Below are positions 49,480 through 60,870 of a DNA stretch of 64,000 nucleotides, one piece after another. Within the stretch, counting starts at the first letter, position 1. The number at the start of each line of letters is the position of its first letter. The stretch spans positions 65,286,001 to 65,350,000 of the forward strand of contig NC_043006.1 of assembly GCF_006345805.1 (NCBI RefSeq), given 5' to 3'. The stretch is from Octopus sinensis (lineage: Eukaryota). The notes under the pieces were generated by a model. That model was not told the DNA's origin. It searched no databases and saw only the letters and a program-made list of their open reading frames with translations. A program made the position numbers and the translations under genes.

Positions 49480-50190
49480 ACCATGTATGGATGGGGACAG
49501 CTGTGTGAAGGAATGTCACAGCCTAACAGTGGAGGGAGCCTGTGGAAGAGGTAGACCCAGGAAGACATGGAATGAGGTGATGAAACATGACCTTCGAACA
49601 TTGAGCCTCACAGAGGCAATGACAGGAGACCGAAACATTTGGAGATATGGTGTGATTGAGAAGACCTATCATGCCAAGTGAGGTCATAGCCATGGCCAGT
49701 GTTGAGTAACTGGCCCTTTTAAAAGTACCCTCCAATCATCCAGGCAATATGCTGTGCTTGAGAAGACTTGATGAGTTAAGTGAAATTGTTGTCATGGCCG
49801 ATGCCAGTGCTGCCTGACTGGCACCCATGCTAATGGCATGTAAAAAGCACCATTCGAGCATGACCAATGCCAGTGCCGGTGACATGTAAAAAGCACCATT
49901 CAAGTGTGATCAATGCTAGTGCTGCCTGACTGGCTCCCATGCTGGTGACACGTAAAAAGCACCATTCAAAAATGGTTGATGCCCGGGCTGTTTGACTGGC
50001 TCCTATGCCGGTCACACATAAAGAGCACCTACTACACTCTCGGAGTGGTTGATGTTCGGAAAGGCATCTAGCTGTAGAAACCTTGCCAGATCAGATTGGA
50101 GCCTGGTGCAGCTTCCTGGCTTGCTGTCCTCAGTGAAACTGTCAAAGACATGCCAGCATGAAAAGCAGAAGTTAAATGATGATGAGGATA
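49480..50190 (+). mobile_element. RTE LINE 3' end (last ORF codons, 3' UTR subrepeats, tail)
   Basis: MDGDSCVKECHSLTVEGACGRGRPRKTWNEVMKHDLRTL, then AAAAGCACCATTC subrepeats and (GAT)n. Confidence 0.88.
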
Positions 50191-50713
50191 TATATATATG
50201 CATGTGGACGGTCAGACAAGTTGTCAAACATTTAAACCAAATTTTCTCAAAACAACTTGTCTGACCGTCCCATAGGCCTCCCTTTCAGAAACACTGATTT
50301 AACCTAAATTTGAGACACCAGCAAAAGAAGAAATAAAGATAGACTTTTTTTCTATTCCAAAGAAAACGATTCACACAAATATGCAACCGAAGAGTTTAAA
50401 GTACCAGTAATGATAAGGCTGTTGACTGGAAGAACATAAACATGGTTTAAACAGTAAGCTTGGCAGGAAAGAAACGTGGCTTTAAGCTGTACAAAAACAA
50501 AAAATGGAAGGTGCAGTTATGTACAGCTTGACGGAAAAAAAGCAGGACAAAAACAGTTTTATTGATCGCATTCTCACCTGGAATCGATTTTTGTAATTTT
50601 TTCAAGACTTATAGACGCCTTGATACCGTTGGTATCTACATATCAAATTTGAGCATAATCAGATGGAGAAGACATACACACAGACAGAACAGATTATATA
50701 TAATAGATATACA

Positions 50714-51021
50714 AATTTTCAGAATGAGATAAAAATCCAAGGCTGTGAAAGATTTTAGAAAATTTATAAATAGAAGGTCTTACAGCTGTTTCCGGGATAT
50801 TTTATATATCCCTTCATTGGAGATGGTGGGAGAAAATGCTTAAGCAATAGTTCCACTTCACTCTCCATTTCTTATCTAAAATAACTATTGCTTAACCATT
50901 TTCTCACACTGTCTCTGATGTAAGGATATATAGAATATCCCAGAAACAGCTGTAAGACCTTCTATTTATAAATGTTCTGAAATCTTTCATAGCCTTGGAT
51001 TTTTATCTCATTCTGAAATTT
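50714..51021. mobile_element. Fold-back with ~139-bp arms, each carrying a hammerhead-like motif (Penelope-like inverted terminal structure)
   Basis: Arms 50714-50852 / 50883-51021, 30-nt spacer; motifs at 50777-50824 (minus) and 50911-50958 (plus). Confidence 0.8.
50911..50958 (+). ncRNA. Minimal type I hammerhead-like motif with palindromic stem III
   Basis: GTCT-CTGATG-TA-AGGATAT-ATAGA-ATATCC-CA-GAAAC-AGCT-GTA-AGAC; stem I GTCT/AGAC; ACAGCTGT is self-complementary. Confidence 0.6.
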
Positions 51022-51190
51022 TTTATATATACACATGCTGATATATGACCTACGTTGGACTCCTAATTTGCATAATCACTGAACCTGGAGCTTAACTATA
51101 GTCTGTCCATAGCACTTACTCAGCATTACCTGACACCTTTGGGTCTTATTGACACCATTACCTCCCATAACCCCTCTCTCTCTCTCTCTG

Positions 51191-51248
<58 letters not shown>

Positions 51249-51301
51249 ACAATGAGAATATTCAAACTTCTTATAGGGATATTTATCCAAGATACACAGA
51301 G

Positions 51302-51444
51302 AATACCAAACGAGTTCCCTATGGATACCGTATTATTACAACTCATGGCTTGTAAATGTATCTAACGAGCGAAAGCTCGTTAGATACATTTACAAGCCAC
51401 GAGTTGTAATAAATACGGTATCCATAGGGAATGAGTTTGGTATT
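51302..51444. repeat. Long hairpin (69/70-nt arms) closed by a GAAA tetraloop
   Basis: 25-bp perfect inner stem TGGCTTGTAAATGTATCTAACGAGC-GAAA-GCTCGTTAGATACATTTACAAGCCA. Confidence 0.92.
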
Positions 51445-51447
51445 TTA

Positions 51448-51957
51448 TTTATTACACACGAATAAATGACCATATTTTATTAACCCAATAATTAAATTCT
51501 TCACATCGTGTTGAAGTCCGCATGAATACAGCTTGATTTCACGTCAGTGACGTCACAATGTGTAACTGTAAAAGATGTCACGCCGCAGGACGATAGTCTG
51601 ACTTTATAGCGCTAAGTTTTCAGGTGAAATGACTGATAACTGATGACTATTTAACATTTTGTTAACATTCAAGTTCATGTTCAAGAAATACATAACACAG
51701 ATTGAATCTTTGACTTTAAGTGATATCTGGTATAAAAAAGATAGTATGTTTGTTTAATTACATGGCTACATTCTACCTGCTCGTGAAAGTAATGAATGAA
51801 GTTTAGTTGTAACTTATGAATGACAAAAGTAGTGCCGTCACCGTGACCTCGGGTCATCACCATGGATTGACCAATCAGAAGCAGCGCTCGCAGTATCTGA
51901 CATATGTTAGATACCAAAAATATCTCAAAGTGTTCTCACTCACATGTGTGTAATAAA
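51448..51957. mobile_element. Probable non-autonomous DNA element bounded by 12-bp inverted repeats
   Basis: TTTATTACACAC (51448-51459) / GTGTGTAATAAA (51946-51957); CpG-retaining interior with the GTGACGTCAC palindrome and CCAATCAG. Confidence 0.4.
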
Positions 51958-53060
51958 CTGGTTTATTATATTAAATTTTGAAGAGGTAATCCTTCAATGA
52001 ATATATTATATAGAATATCATAAGATATCAAACATTTTTATTGGGTTAGAAAACAGAGATCCAATGAATACAAATTAATTTATTAATTAATCAACATATA
52101 TATCATCTTCATCATCTTTGTTATCATTTAACATCTGTTGTGGGTTGGATGGTTTACAAGGAGCTAGGCAAGCCAGAGACTTGCAGCAGGTCCCATTGTC
52201 TGTTTTGCATGATTTCTACAGCTGGATACCCCACCTAATACCAAACACTTTACAGAGTATATTAGGTACATTTTATGTGGCATCAGCACCAGTTCTTTTT
52301 ATGTGGTACCAACACCAGCAGGGTAAATTGAAGACAAAGACCTTGTAGCTAGGAGAGGGAGTGGAAACAAGGGAGGTGGCTTTGAACCAGCTACAAGGTA
52401 AAATTATCAGAGAGGGATAGAAATAGGTGTCTTACTACAGAGGAGATACTTGGCTACCCTAGTAGGAAAGGAGAGATAGAGTTAGAGAGAAAGATAGAGA
52501 GACAATCAGTGTGTGTGAGAAAGAGAAATAGATGATGGAATAGTGGGTGGGGAGCATAAGTGGTACAGAGAGGATAGAAGGGAATGTTCCCTGAGAGTGT
52601 GAGAGGGTAGATGTTTAGAGATGGAGAAGAAGTAACAGAAGCAAATGATGGTGAGAGGAATTGGAGTGGCTGGGAGGGGAGTACGGAAGCTATGTGAGGG
52701 CATGGAGGGCATGCAAATAGGTATGTGAGGGAGAGAGGTGGGGCCAGGAGTAGGTTGTGATCATGGCTGGTTAGATGGGAGGTGTTGGAAAGATGGGTTG
52801 TGGGGAGTTTTGACAGAGAACAGATTATGAGGGTGGGGGCAAGGCCTGTATGGATGCATGGTCAAGACTTTACTTAGCTTGATGTGTCTTCTCAAGCACA
52901 GCAAATCACCAGGTATGTATATATAATTAATGAGAGAGATAGAAAATAGAATATTCTATCTTCTGTCCCTTTCATAATTACATGCCCAATGACCACTGAG
53001 CCAGTGAGCAAGACCAGCAAACTACCAGATGTGTACCATACAATTTATTAAATAATATAT

Positions 53061-53232
53061 AGGCACAGGAGTGGCTGTGTGGTAAGTAGTTTGCTTACCA
53101 ATCGAATGGTTCCAGGTTTCTAGGTTCAATCCCACTCTGTGGCACCTTGGGCAAGTGTCTTCTACTATAGCCTTGGGACAACCAAAGCCTTGTGAGTGCA
53201 TTTGGTAGATGGAAACTGAAAGAAGCCCATCG

Positions 53233-53296
<64 letters not shown>

Positions 53297-53460
53297 TATA
53301 TATGTGTGTATGTATGTGTGTGTGTGTCTGTGTTTGTCCCCCCAACATTGCTCGATAACTGATGCTGGTATATTTACGTCCCTGTAACTTAGCGGTTTGG
53401 CAAAGAATAAGGCAGTGCTCCAGCATGGCCACAGTCAAATGACTGAAACAAATAAAAGAA
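53061..53460 (+). mobile_element. tRNA-head SINE
   Basis: Matches 18476-18860. Confidence 0.83.
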
Positions 53461-54599
53461 TGTATGTATGTTTGTATGTATGTGTGTAGACATGTATGTG
53501 TATGTGTATGTATATACACCATCATCATTATCATCATCGACGTTTAACGTACACTTTCCATGCTGGCATGGGTTGGACGGTTTGACTGAGGACTGGTGAG
53601 CCAGAAGGCTGTACCAGGTTCAATCTGATAAATGTGCCCTTTTAAAGCCTAGCCAGGCTCATGGGCCCAGTTTCCCAGTTTCAATGGTGTATGTGTTCCC
53701 CAGCTGGACGGGACACCAGTCCATCACAGCATTACTCATTTTTGCCAGTTGAGTGGACTGGAGCAACATGAAATGAAGTGTTTTGCTCAAGAACACAATG
53801 TACCGCCTGGTCCAGGAATCTTACTATCATGATGCTGATACCCTAACCACTAAGCCACGCGCCTCCACGCCTACACTTACACTGATTTCAAATTTTGACA
53901 CAAGGCCAGCAATTTTTCTAGTGGTGAGGAGTACTCAACTGGTACTTATTTTATCAATCCTAAAAGGCTGAAAGACAAGATGACATCGGCAGAATTTGAA
54001 CTCAGAACCTGAAGATGGATGAAATACCACTATTCTGCCCAGTGTACTAATGATTCTGCCAGTTCACTGCCTTTGCCTACACTTATATTGCTATCTAAGT
54101 CACTGTAGAACTCTTGAGTATGAACCATCTTCTGCAGAATGCCAGCTTAATGCACATAATGCACTCAATGTCTGGGTACACTTGCATCTTACTACTGATA
54201 AGATGTAACCTGGTACAACATGTTGTATGGTCAGGCTGTTGGCCACTAAACTGGTAATCCCACCAAGGAGGGATTGGTGAGGAAGGGAATTTTTGAACAC
54301 CCTGCAGGGTTAGGGTAGAGTAACTCATGGGAGACAACAGTCATCCAATGTAGTCAAGGGTAGATGGTGGCTCACCAGTCATAGCAAAGACAAGCCATCT
54401 AAGAGAAGGAAATCTCTGAAATAAAACCCATTTAGTGAGGACTTGTATCCAGCTGGTACTATTTTGCACAACAAAAATTATGATATGCAGATGTTATAGA
54501 TTCATCAATGGATGATTGATAATAAATAAGAAATATATGAATTAAATATATATTTGATAAATTGTTTTTAAATAATTTTGTCCCAAAGCTTGAGGCCTT

Positions 54600-54760
54600 T
54601 GTAACATAAAGAACTGTGAAGAAGGAAAAGAGGTGGTCTACAAATTTAAAGACATGTTGATTGAGAGAAAGGACTGGATATTATAGATCAGAGGAAAGCA
54701 AGATGGGTGAAAGTGAGTTCCAGAGAGCAGCAGTTTTGTGGAAAGAAGTTATTAGAATAA
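54600..54760 (-). mobile_element. 3' tip of an old jockey/CR1-group LINE
   Basis: Minus strand FHKTAALWNSLSP matches the SF.PRT..LWNSLP C-terminal motif. Confidence 0.5.
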
Positions 54761-54893
54761 GTATATAGGGCTTACACACATGCACGCACACATGCATGTA
54801 CATCATGCATGCATGCACATGCACACACACAAGCACACATGCATACACACATGCACACACACATATGCATGCTCGCATACACACACACACACA

Positions 54894-54934
<41 letters not shown>

Positions 54935-55075
54935 TGTGTGTATGATCTTCTCAGACATGACTTTAGTCATACCATCAGCCATTCTCACCAATTCTGCCAA
55001 TGATACATAAATATCCCAAGTAGTCAAGAACCTAAATGATAAAGCAAAACTACAGAAAGACCTGAACACTATGTA

Positions 55076-56237
55076 AGAGGGTGAGCTGAAAAGTTCAGAG
55101 GCTGACAATGAAGGAGTGATGCTAGAGCTGTGAAATCTTGCACATATTAATTTCACCTCGTCTTTTTAATAGCTGCATTGCTTCTTTCCAGGTAAACTGA
55201 CATTTGAATGTTCAAAGAAAACTTCAAATGTAATTAGTGACAACTTCTCTTTAAAATGGATAAAATTTGGCCATGGTGCTATCAAATACCTGCAGAATAA
55301 GGATTTAGCCCCCACCAAGGACATTCATGCTGACATGGTTGCTACATTAGGGAACGGACTCTCCAATTTTATCAATGATGCAAACGTGGGTAGCTGAATT
55401 TTGGAGGGAAACGGAGAGTCTTGAAGATAGCTCAAGGTGTGGATGCTGTTTACATATCCTGTGAGAGAGTTGAGAATATTCAGCACAATAAAACTAGCAT
55501 GATAAATGTTTCTGATTAGTGGGTGCCATATCTCCTGAAATCTGATCAAAAGTACACCAAACTGATCACATCATAAAGAAAACCTGACTTTGTTTGAGAT
55601 AGTCCCAGTTGGTTTGCTTGACCATCTCCTAAGCCAGGATGAGGGTTGGGTTCATCACTTTGAGCCAGAGACAAAGAGACAATCCATGCAATGGAAACAC
55701 TCCTTACTTTCTCCAAAGAAGACCAAGTTCGTTTCATCTGCAGGGAAACTGATGGCCTCAGTTTTGGGATGCAAAAGACATCAGAGGAGAGTATTATACC
55801 AACTTGCTTGGGCAGTTATGAGAGGCTATCAAGACTAAACACTGACAGAAACTGACAAAAGGGGTCTTGTTTCATCAGTACAATGCTCCAGCATACAAAT
55901 CCTCGGTTTCAATGCCTGTATGTGACTGTGGGTCTGAACGGTCTTGGTTGATCAGCCTCTCTGTTCTGATTTGGCCCCCATCTGACTATTGTCTGTTCCC
56001 CAACTTGAAAAAACACTTGGCTGGGTACCAGTATTGCAGTGAAAATGATGTCATATTTGCTGTTGACTTTTTTCACTAAGAGGAGAAAAGCTTCTACACC
56101 ATTGGGATCCAAGCACTGCAACACCAATAGAAAAAGTGTGTGGTCTGCAAAGGGGACAATGTTGAAAAACAAAGCTTGTTTGGTCACATTTCATGAGAGT
56201 ATCATTGTCAGCCTATGAACTTTCCAGATGACCCTCA
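55076..56237 (+). mobile_element. Decayed full-length mariner (DD34D) transposon
   Basis: TIRs including TA at 55074-55107 and 56206-56239 match at 29/34; transposase remnants from ATG 55256: IKYLQNK, DEGWVHHFEPETKRQSMQWKH, SAGKLMASV, HQYNAPAYKS, PSDYCLFPNLKKHL, KGDNVEK. Confidence 0.92.
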
Positions 56238-56369
56238 TACATTCTGTAAACTAGTCAGCTGTGACAAGCAATGATTAGTAGAGTGTGTTCATAGTACTGT
56301 TACAGCTATCTCCAATTATTCAATTTAGAATAAGAAAAAGTTGGCAGGTCAGCTTATTAGATGTGCAGT

Positions 56370-57180
56370 AATGATATACTAAACTTACAAGAATCTGAAC
56401 ATGCACAAGATTTGTGCAAAGTTGGTTCCCTGAGTGATCAGTGACGAAGAGAAGGAAAGAAATGTTGGTGACAACTGGTAGATGCTTGAGCTCATTATTT
56501 CCAATCCAATAGTACTTGAGTATCTGGTTACCTGTGATGAAAGTTGAATCTACTGTTGTGATTCAGAGACAACAAAACAGAGTGCCCAATGTAAACATCC
56601 TGGCTCTCCTAGACCCTAGTAGGCCAGCAGGAGCAAGTTCACCAGGAAGGTCATGATGGTCCCCTTTCATGACATCAAGGACATCATCTACATCTGCTGG
56701 GTTCCCTCTGGCCAGATGGTCAACAATGAGTACATTGTGAAGGATTTGAGAGAGTTCAGGAAAAAATTTATCACAAAACACCAGAGCTACTTCATTTGGG
56801 TTGGCGACACCTGCACCAAGACAATGCACTGATCCATAATTCCATCCTAATAAACAACTACTTGAGAGAGATAGGCTCAAAACTGTTGCCCACCCCTAGT
56901 CGAAATCTTGACTTTTGGTTGTTCCCAAGCTCAATGTGAATCCCAGGGGCAGTAGTTTTGAAGACATTGAGGAGATGAGGAAGGCTGTGACAAGGACCCT
57001 GGACTCTTTTGCTTTGGAGGACCTCCGTGGAGCCTTCATGGAGTGGTTGGAGTGCTACAATAGGTACATTGAAGTCAGAGGATTTTACTTTGAAGGAGAT
57101 TAGAGTTTTGGACTTTGAAATTAATAAATATATAAATATCTCCCCTGAAAATGTTTCAGACCTTCTGGAATGCACCTCAT
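56370..57180 (+). mobile_element. 5'-truncated second mariner (different subfamily)
   Basis: NMHKICAKLVP, LVTCDES*IY, KQSAQCKHPGSPRP, HQDNA, DFWLFPKL, RGSSFEDIEEM...YIEVRGFYFEGD*; right TIR-like end at ~57150-57180; no left TIR found. Confidence 0.85.
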
Positions 57181-57760
57181 CATCATCATCATCGTTGCCG
57201 TTTGACATCCACTTTCCATGCTGGTATGGGTTGGCTAGTTTGACTGAGGACTGGTGAGCCAGAAGGCTGCACCAAGCTCCAATCTGACCTGGCAGAATTT
57301 CTACAGCTGGATGCCCTTACTAATGCCAACCACTCCGAGAGTGTAGTGGGTGCCAGTCAGGTGGTTCTGGCAAAGATCACGCTCAAAAGTTATTATTCAC
57401 ATGCCACCTGCACAGGAACCAGTCTGGCAGCACTGACAACGACCACGGTCAAATGTTGTTTTTCACATGTCACTGGCACATGAGCCAGTCAGGCGACACT
57501 GGCAGCAATCATGCTTGAATGGTACTTTTTATATGTCACTGGCATGGGAGCCAATCAGCAGCCCTGGCAATGATCATGCTCGAATGGTGATTTTTATGTG
57601 CCACTGGCATGGGAGCCAATCGGTGGCCCTGGCAACAATCAAACGTGGATGGTGCCTTTAATATTCCACTGGCACAAGTGCCAATCAGGTGGTACTGTCA
57701 TCGGCCATGTCAGCGATTTTGATTTTGATTTCACTTGCCCCAACAGGACTTCGCAAGCAA
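57180..57760 (-). mobile_element. RTE LINE 3' UTR fragment with subrepeats
   Basis: (CAT)n, common tail, ~5 diverged ~60-bp units and GATTTT repeats. Confidence 0.8.
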
Positions 57761-58439
57761 AGTTTATTGTCCAATGAATGAGGGGTGCTCATAAGTGGGC
57801 TGCTTACACCCACTGGCATAGGCCACAGGTTACCTATACATACATATACAGTCCTCAGGTAAGATCCAGATGTTCTCTACATAGAAGACACTTAACAGTT
57901 CTCAAAAGATTCGAACTTAGACTCTGATATCTTTACAGGGATCATTCCACAAGGTAAAGGAAGGCTATAAGAGGGATCAGGTTGAGCAGGTATAGAAGGA
58001 ATTATGGGGATAAACAAATTAGACACATCGAGTTTGGTGCAGCCTTCCAGCTTGCCAGCCCAGTAAAACTGTCCAACCCTTGCCAACATGGACAACGGAT
58101 GATGATGATGATGATGATACATATATATATACACATATATACATATATATATTGAAGAACACGTTTGATAATGCAATCTTTGATTACACCATTTCTGAAA
58201 AAAATGTGATGAGATGGAACATGGTTGGTGGATCAAGGGTGACCATGGTCGAAACAGCACCACCACCACACACAAAAATAATAACAACAACAACAACTAC
58301 CACTGGTCCAATAAGAAATAGCAGCCAAATCTCCCTTAAATGGCAATGTACTATTTAAGAAAAAAACTGAGTAGACACTGAGTAATGTATTCCTTGATGC
58401 ACTATGCCGCAAAATAGATAAATAAATACAAATAATGTG

Positions 58440-59170
58440 ATTCTTTTATTTGTTTCAGCCATTTGACTGCGGCCATGCTGGAGCACCACCTTTTAGTTGA
58501 AGAAATTGATTCCAGGACTTATTCTTTGTAAGCCTAATACTTAATCTATCAGTTGCTTTTGCTGAACCGCTAAGTTATGGGGATGTAAACACACCAACAT
58601 CAGTTGTCAAGTGATGGGAGGAGGACAACACACACATACGTATATATATATATATATATATGACGGGCTTCTTTTCACAAGGCTTTTGTTGGCCCAAGGC
58701 TATAGCAGAAGACATTTGCCCAAGGTGCCATGCAGTGGAACTGAACCCGGAACTGTATGTTTGGGAAACAAGTTTCTTACCACACAGCCACTCCTGCACC
58801 TATGGTCATTTAAAAAAAAATGTCTTGTATCTTTTACTTGTTTCAGCAATTAGCCTGTGGCCAATGTGGAGCTCTGGCTTCAAAAATTCTTTTATTTTAT
58901 TTGTTTTTTTTTTTGCCAGTACATTTTTCCAAGCCTGGTACTTATTCTATCGGTGTCTTTTGCCAAACCACCAAGTTACAGGGACATAAACAAACTAACC
59001 CGTTTGTCAAGCGATGGGGGAGGGGTCAAACGTAGAAACACACACACACAACAGGCTTCTTGTAGTTTCCGACAATCAAATCTACTCACAAGGATTTTGT
59101 TGGCCCGAGGCTATAAAAAAAGACATTTGCCCGAGGTGCTACGCAATGCGACTGAACCTGGAACCATGTG
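58440..59170 (-). mobile_element. Two consecutive tRNA-head SINE copies (~58440-58800 and ~58830-59170)
   Basis: Both are reverse-complement matches to 18476-18860; the second is more diverged. Confidence 0.78.
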
Positions 59171-59460
59171 GTTTGGAACTTCTTTTTGTCATGGGTATAC
59201 TCGACCGCAACCAACCTAGAGTTAAGAGTCAACAACAAATTATGGGAGAGGACATTTTAATCTAAAAACTTAATAACTTAGTATTATTGTTAAAGCTTAA
59301 ATCTGTTAAGACTTACAGTCAACGAGGCAGCCTTTATTTTGTCACTCAAGCTGTTAAAAATAGCAGCCAAGTCTCTTTCAGAAACACGCCTTTCCAACGA
59401 ATAAAGGCTTTAGAGAATTACTGGGTAGTCAGAGAAATTCGTTCGTTTTTCTTTCTCCTA

Positions 59461-60870
59461 TTAATAATAATAATAATAATAATAATAATTGTGTACAGTG
59501 CTCAGGTGCACTACAACTCATCTAAAGTGTATATATAATCAGGTGTAGTTTTGACGGATTTCGGGAAGCATGAGGGCCTTAAAGGATGCAGTGTCATGGC
59601 AGTCAACAACTGATGCAGGCAGTTTATTCCATGCTTCAGCAACCCTGAGCGTGAAAAAATGTTTCCGAAAGTCATGGGAGCTGTGCTGTTTTCTGACTTT
59701 GTAGGCATGTCCACATGTGTTAGACACATGGAGATCAAAAAGGTGTTCAGTGTTGTTGTTGGTGAGGTGGTTGATAACCTTGTGGGTGTTTACCAAGTCC
59801 GTCACTAGACGCCGGAGCTTCAGTGAATCCATGCCCAGGGAAACAAGGCGCTCAGAATATGGTAGGTGTCTGATGGAGGGTATGCGTTTGGTTGCACGTC
59901 TCTGGACAGATTCCAGGAGGTCAATGTTCTGAGCAAGATAGGGATTCCAAACTGATGATGCGAATTCCAAGTGTGGTCGTACCATAGCTGTATACAGTTT
60001 TAAATAGATGGCTGGAGAGCGGCTAACAAAAGTCTTGCTGAGTGATGCCAAGACACCCTCGGCCTTCTTGACAATTTTAGAGATATGCTTTGTCCAACAC
60101 AAATCACTGCTGACAGTGATGCCTAGGTCACGCTCGCAAGAGGATTTCTTGATATCAGTGTTGTGGAGGGAGTATGTGGACGCAGGGTTTTTTCTCCCAA
60201 AATGCATGGTGGTACACTTGTCCACAGCCAGTTTCAGTTGCCAGTCTGTGATCCATTGCTGCATTGTGTCTAGGTCTGATTGCAGGAAAGAGTTGTAGAC
60301 ATCAGGATCAGTCCTCTTGATTTCAAGGTACAGCTTGATGTCGTCTGCATATTTCAATACTGTGGCATTCTTTAAATTGGCATCTATGTCATTAATGTAT
60401 GCCACAAACAGGAGGGGACCAAGGACAGATCCCTGTGGTACACCCGATGACATCTCATATGGTGTAGAGTGCTGTCCTAGAACTGTGACTACCTCCTTTC
60501 GGCTGAGGATGAAGGATTTCAACCAGTTAAAAAGGTCATCCCCCACACCCATTGCAGAGAGTTTCACCATAAGCCTTTTGTGTGGCACAGAGTTGAAAGC
60601 CTTAGCAAAGTCAAGGTAGACAACATCCACCCATGAGCCACTGTCAGTGATCTGAGTAATGTCCTCAAGGAACTCGACAAGCTGGTCACTGCAGCTGGAG
60701 TTAGGGACAAATCCATATTGTGAGGGTCGGATGAGACTGTGAGAGCTCCAGAAGTTCCAGAGTGTTTCTCTGACACACGATTCCATCAGTTTTGCAATAC
60801 AGCTAGTGAGACTGACTGGGCGATAGTTGACAGGTGATGTGCGGTCACCCTTTTTGAACAGAGGAATTAT
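59461..60870 (-). mobile_element. 5'-truncated CR1/L2-group LINE with short 3' UTR and (ATT)n tail
   Basis: RT frame 60870-59539, ~50-nt 3' UTR, (TAA)n on the plus strand at 59461-59490. Confidence 0.92.
59539..60870 (-). CDS. Uninterrupted RT and C-terminal frame (~440 codons) of the CR1/L2-group LINE; no endonuclease or native start
   Basis: IIPLFKKGDRTSPVNYRPVSLTS, QYGFVP, DVVYLDFAKAFNSVPH, SGVPQGSVLGPLLF, KYADD, ERDLG, VRPHLEFASSVWNP, LESVQRRATK, WNKLP. Confidence 0.9.
   Translation of the reverse strand: MIPLFKKGDRTSPVNYRPVSLTSCIAKLMESCVRETLWNFWSSHSLIRPSQYGFVPNSSCSDQLVEFLEDITQITDSGSWVDVVYLDFAKAFNSVPHKRLMVKLSAMGVGDDLFNWLKSFILSRKEVVTVLGQHSTPYEMSSGVPQGSVLGPLLFVAYINDIDANLKNATVLKYADDIKLYLEIKRTDPDVYNSFLQSDLDTMQQWITDWQLKLAVDKCTTMHFGRKNPASTYSLHNTDIKKSSCERDLGITVSSDLCWTKHISKIVKKAEGVLASLSKTFVSRSPAIYLKLYTAMVRPHLEFASSVWNPYLAQNIDLLESVQRRATKRIPSIRHLPYSERLVSLGMDSLKLRRLVTDLVNTHKVINHLTNNNTEHLFDLHVSNTCGHAYKVRKQHSSHDFRKHFFTLRVAEAWNKLPASVVDCHDTASFKALMLPEIRQNYT

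Noticed and set aside
49160-49601. Lys/Arg-rich (protamine-like) and Glu-rich ORFs
   Set aside because: Translations of the CCT/18-bp repeat tract abutting an RTE fragment.
57892-58030. Proline-rich minus-strand ORF end (IPSIPAQPDPSYSLPLPCGMIPVKISESKFESFENC*) as a terminal exon
   Set aside because: The frame enters from a SINE/microsatellite; no clear acceptor and no recognisable domain.
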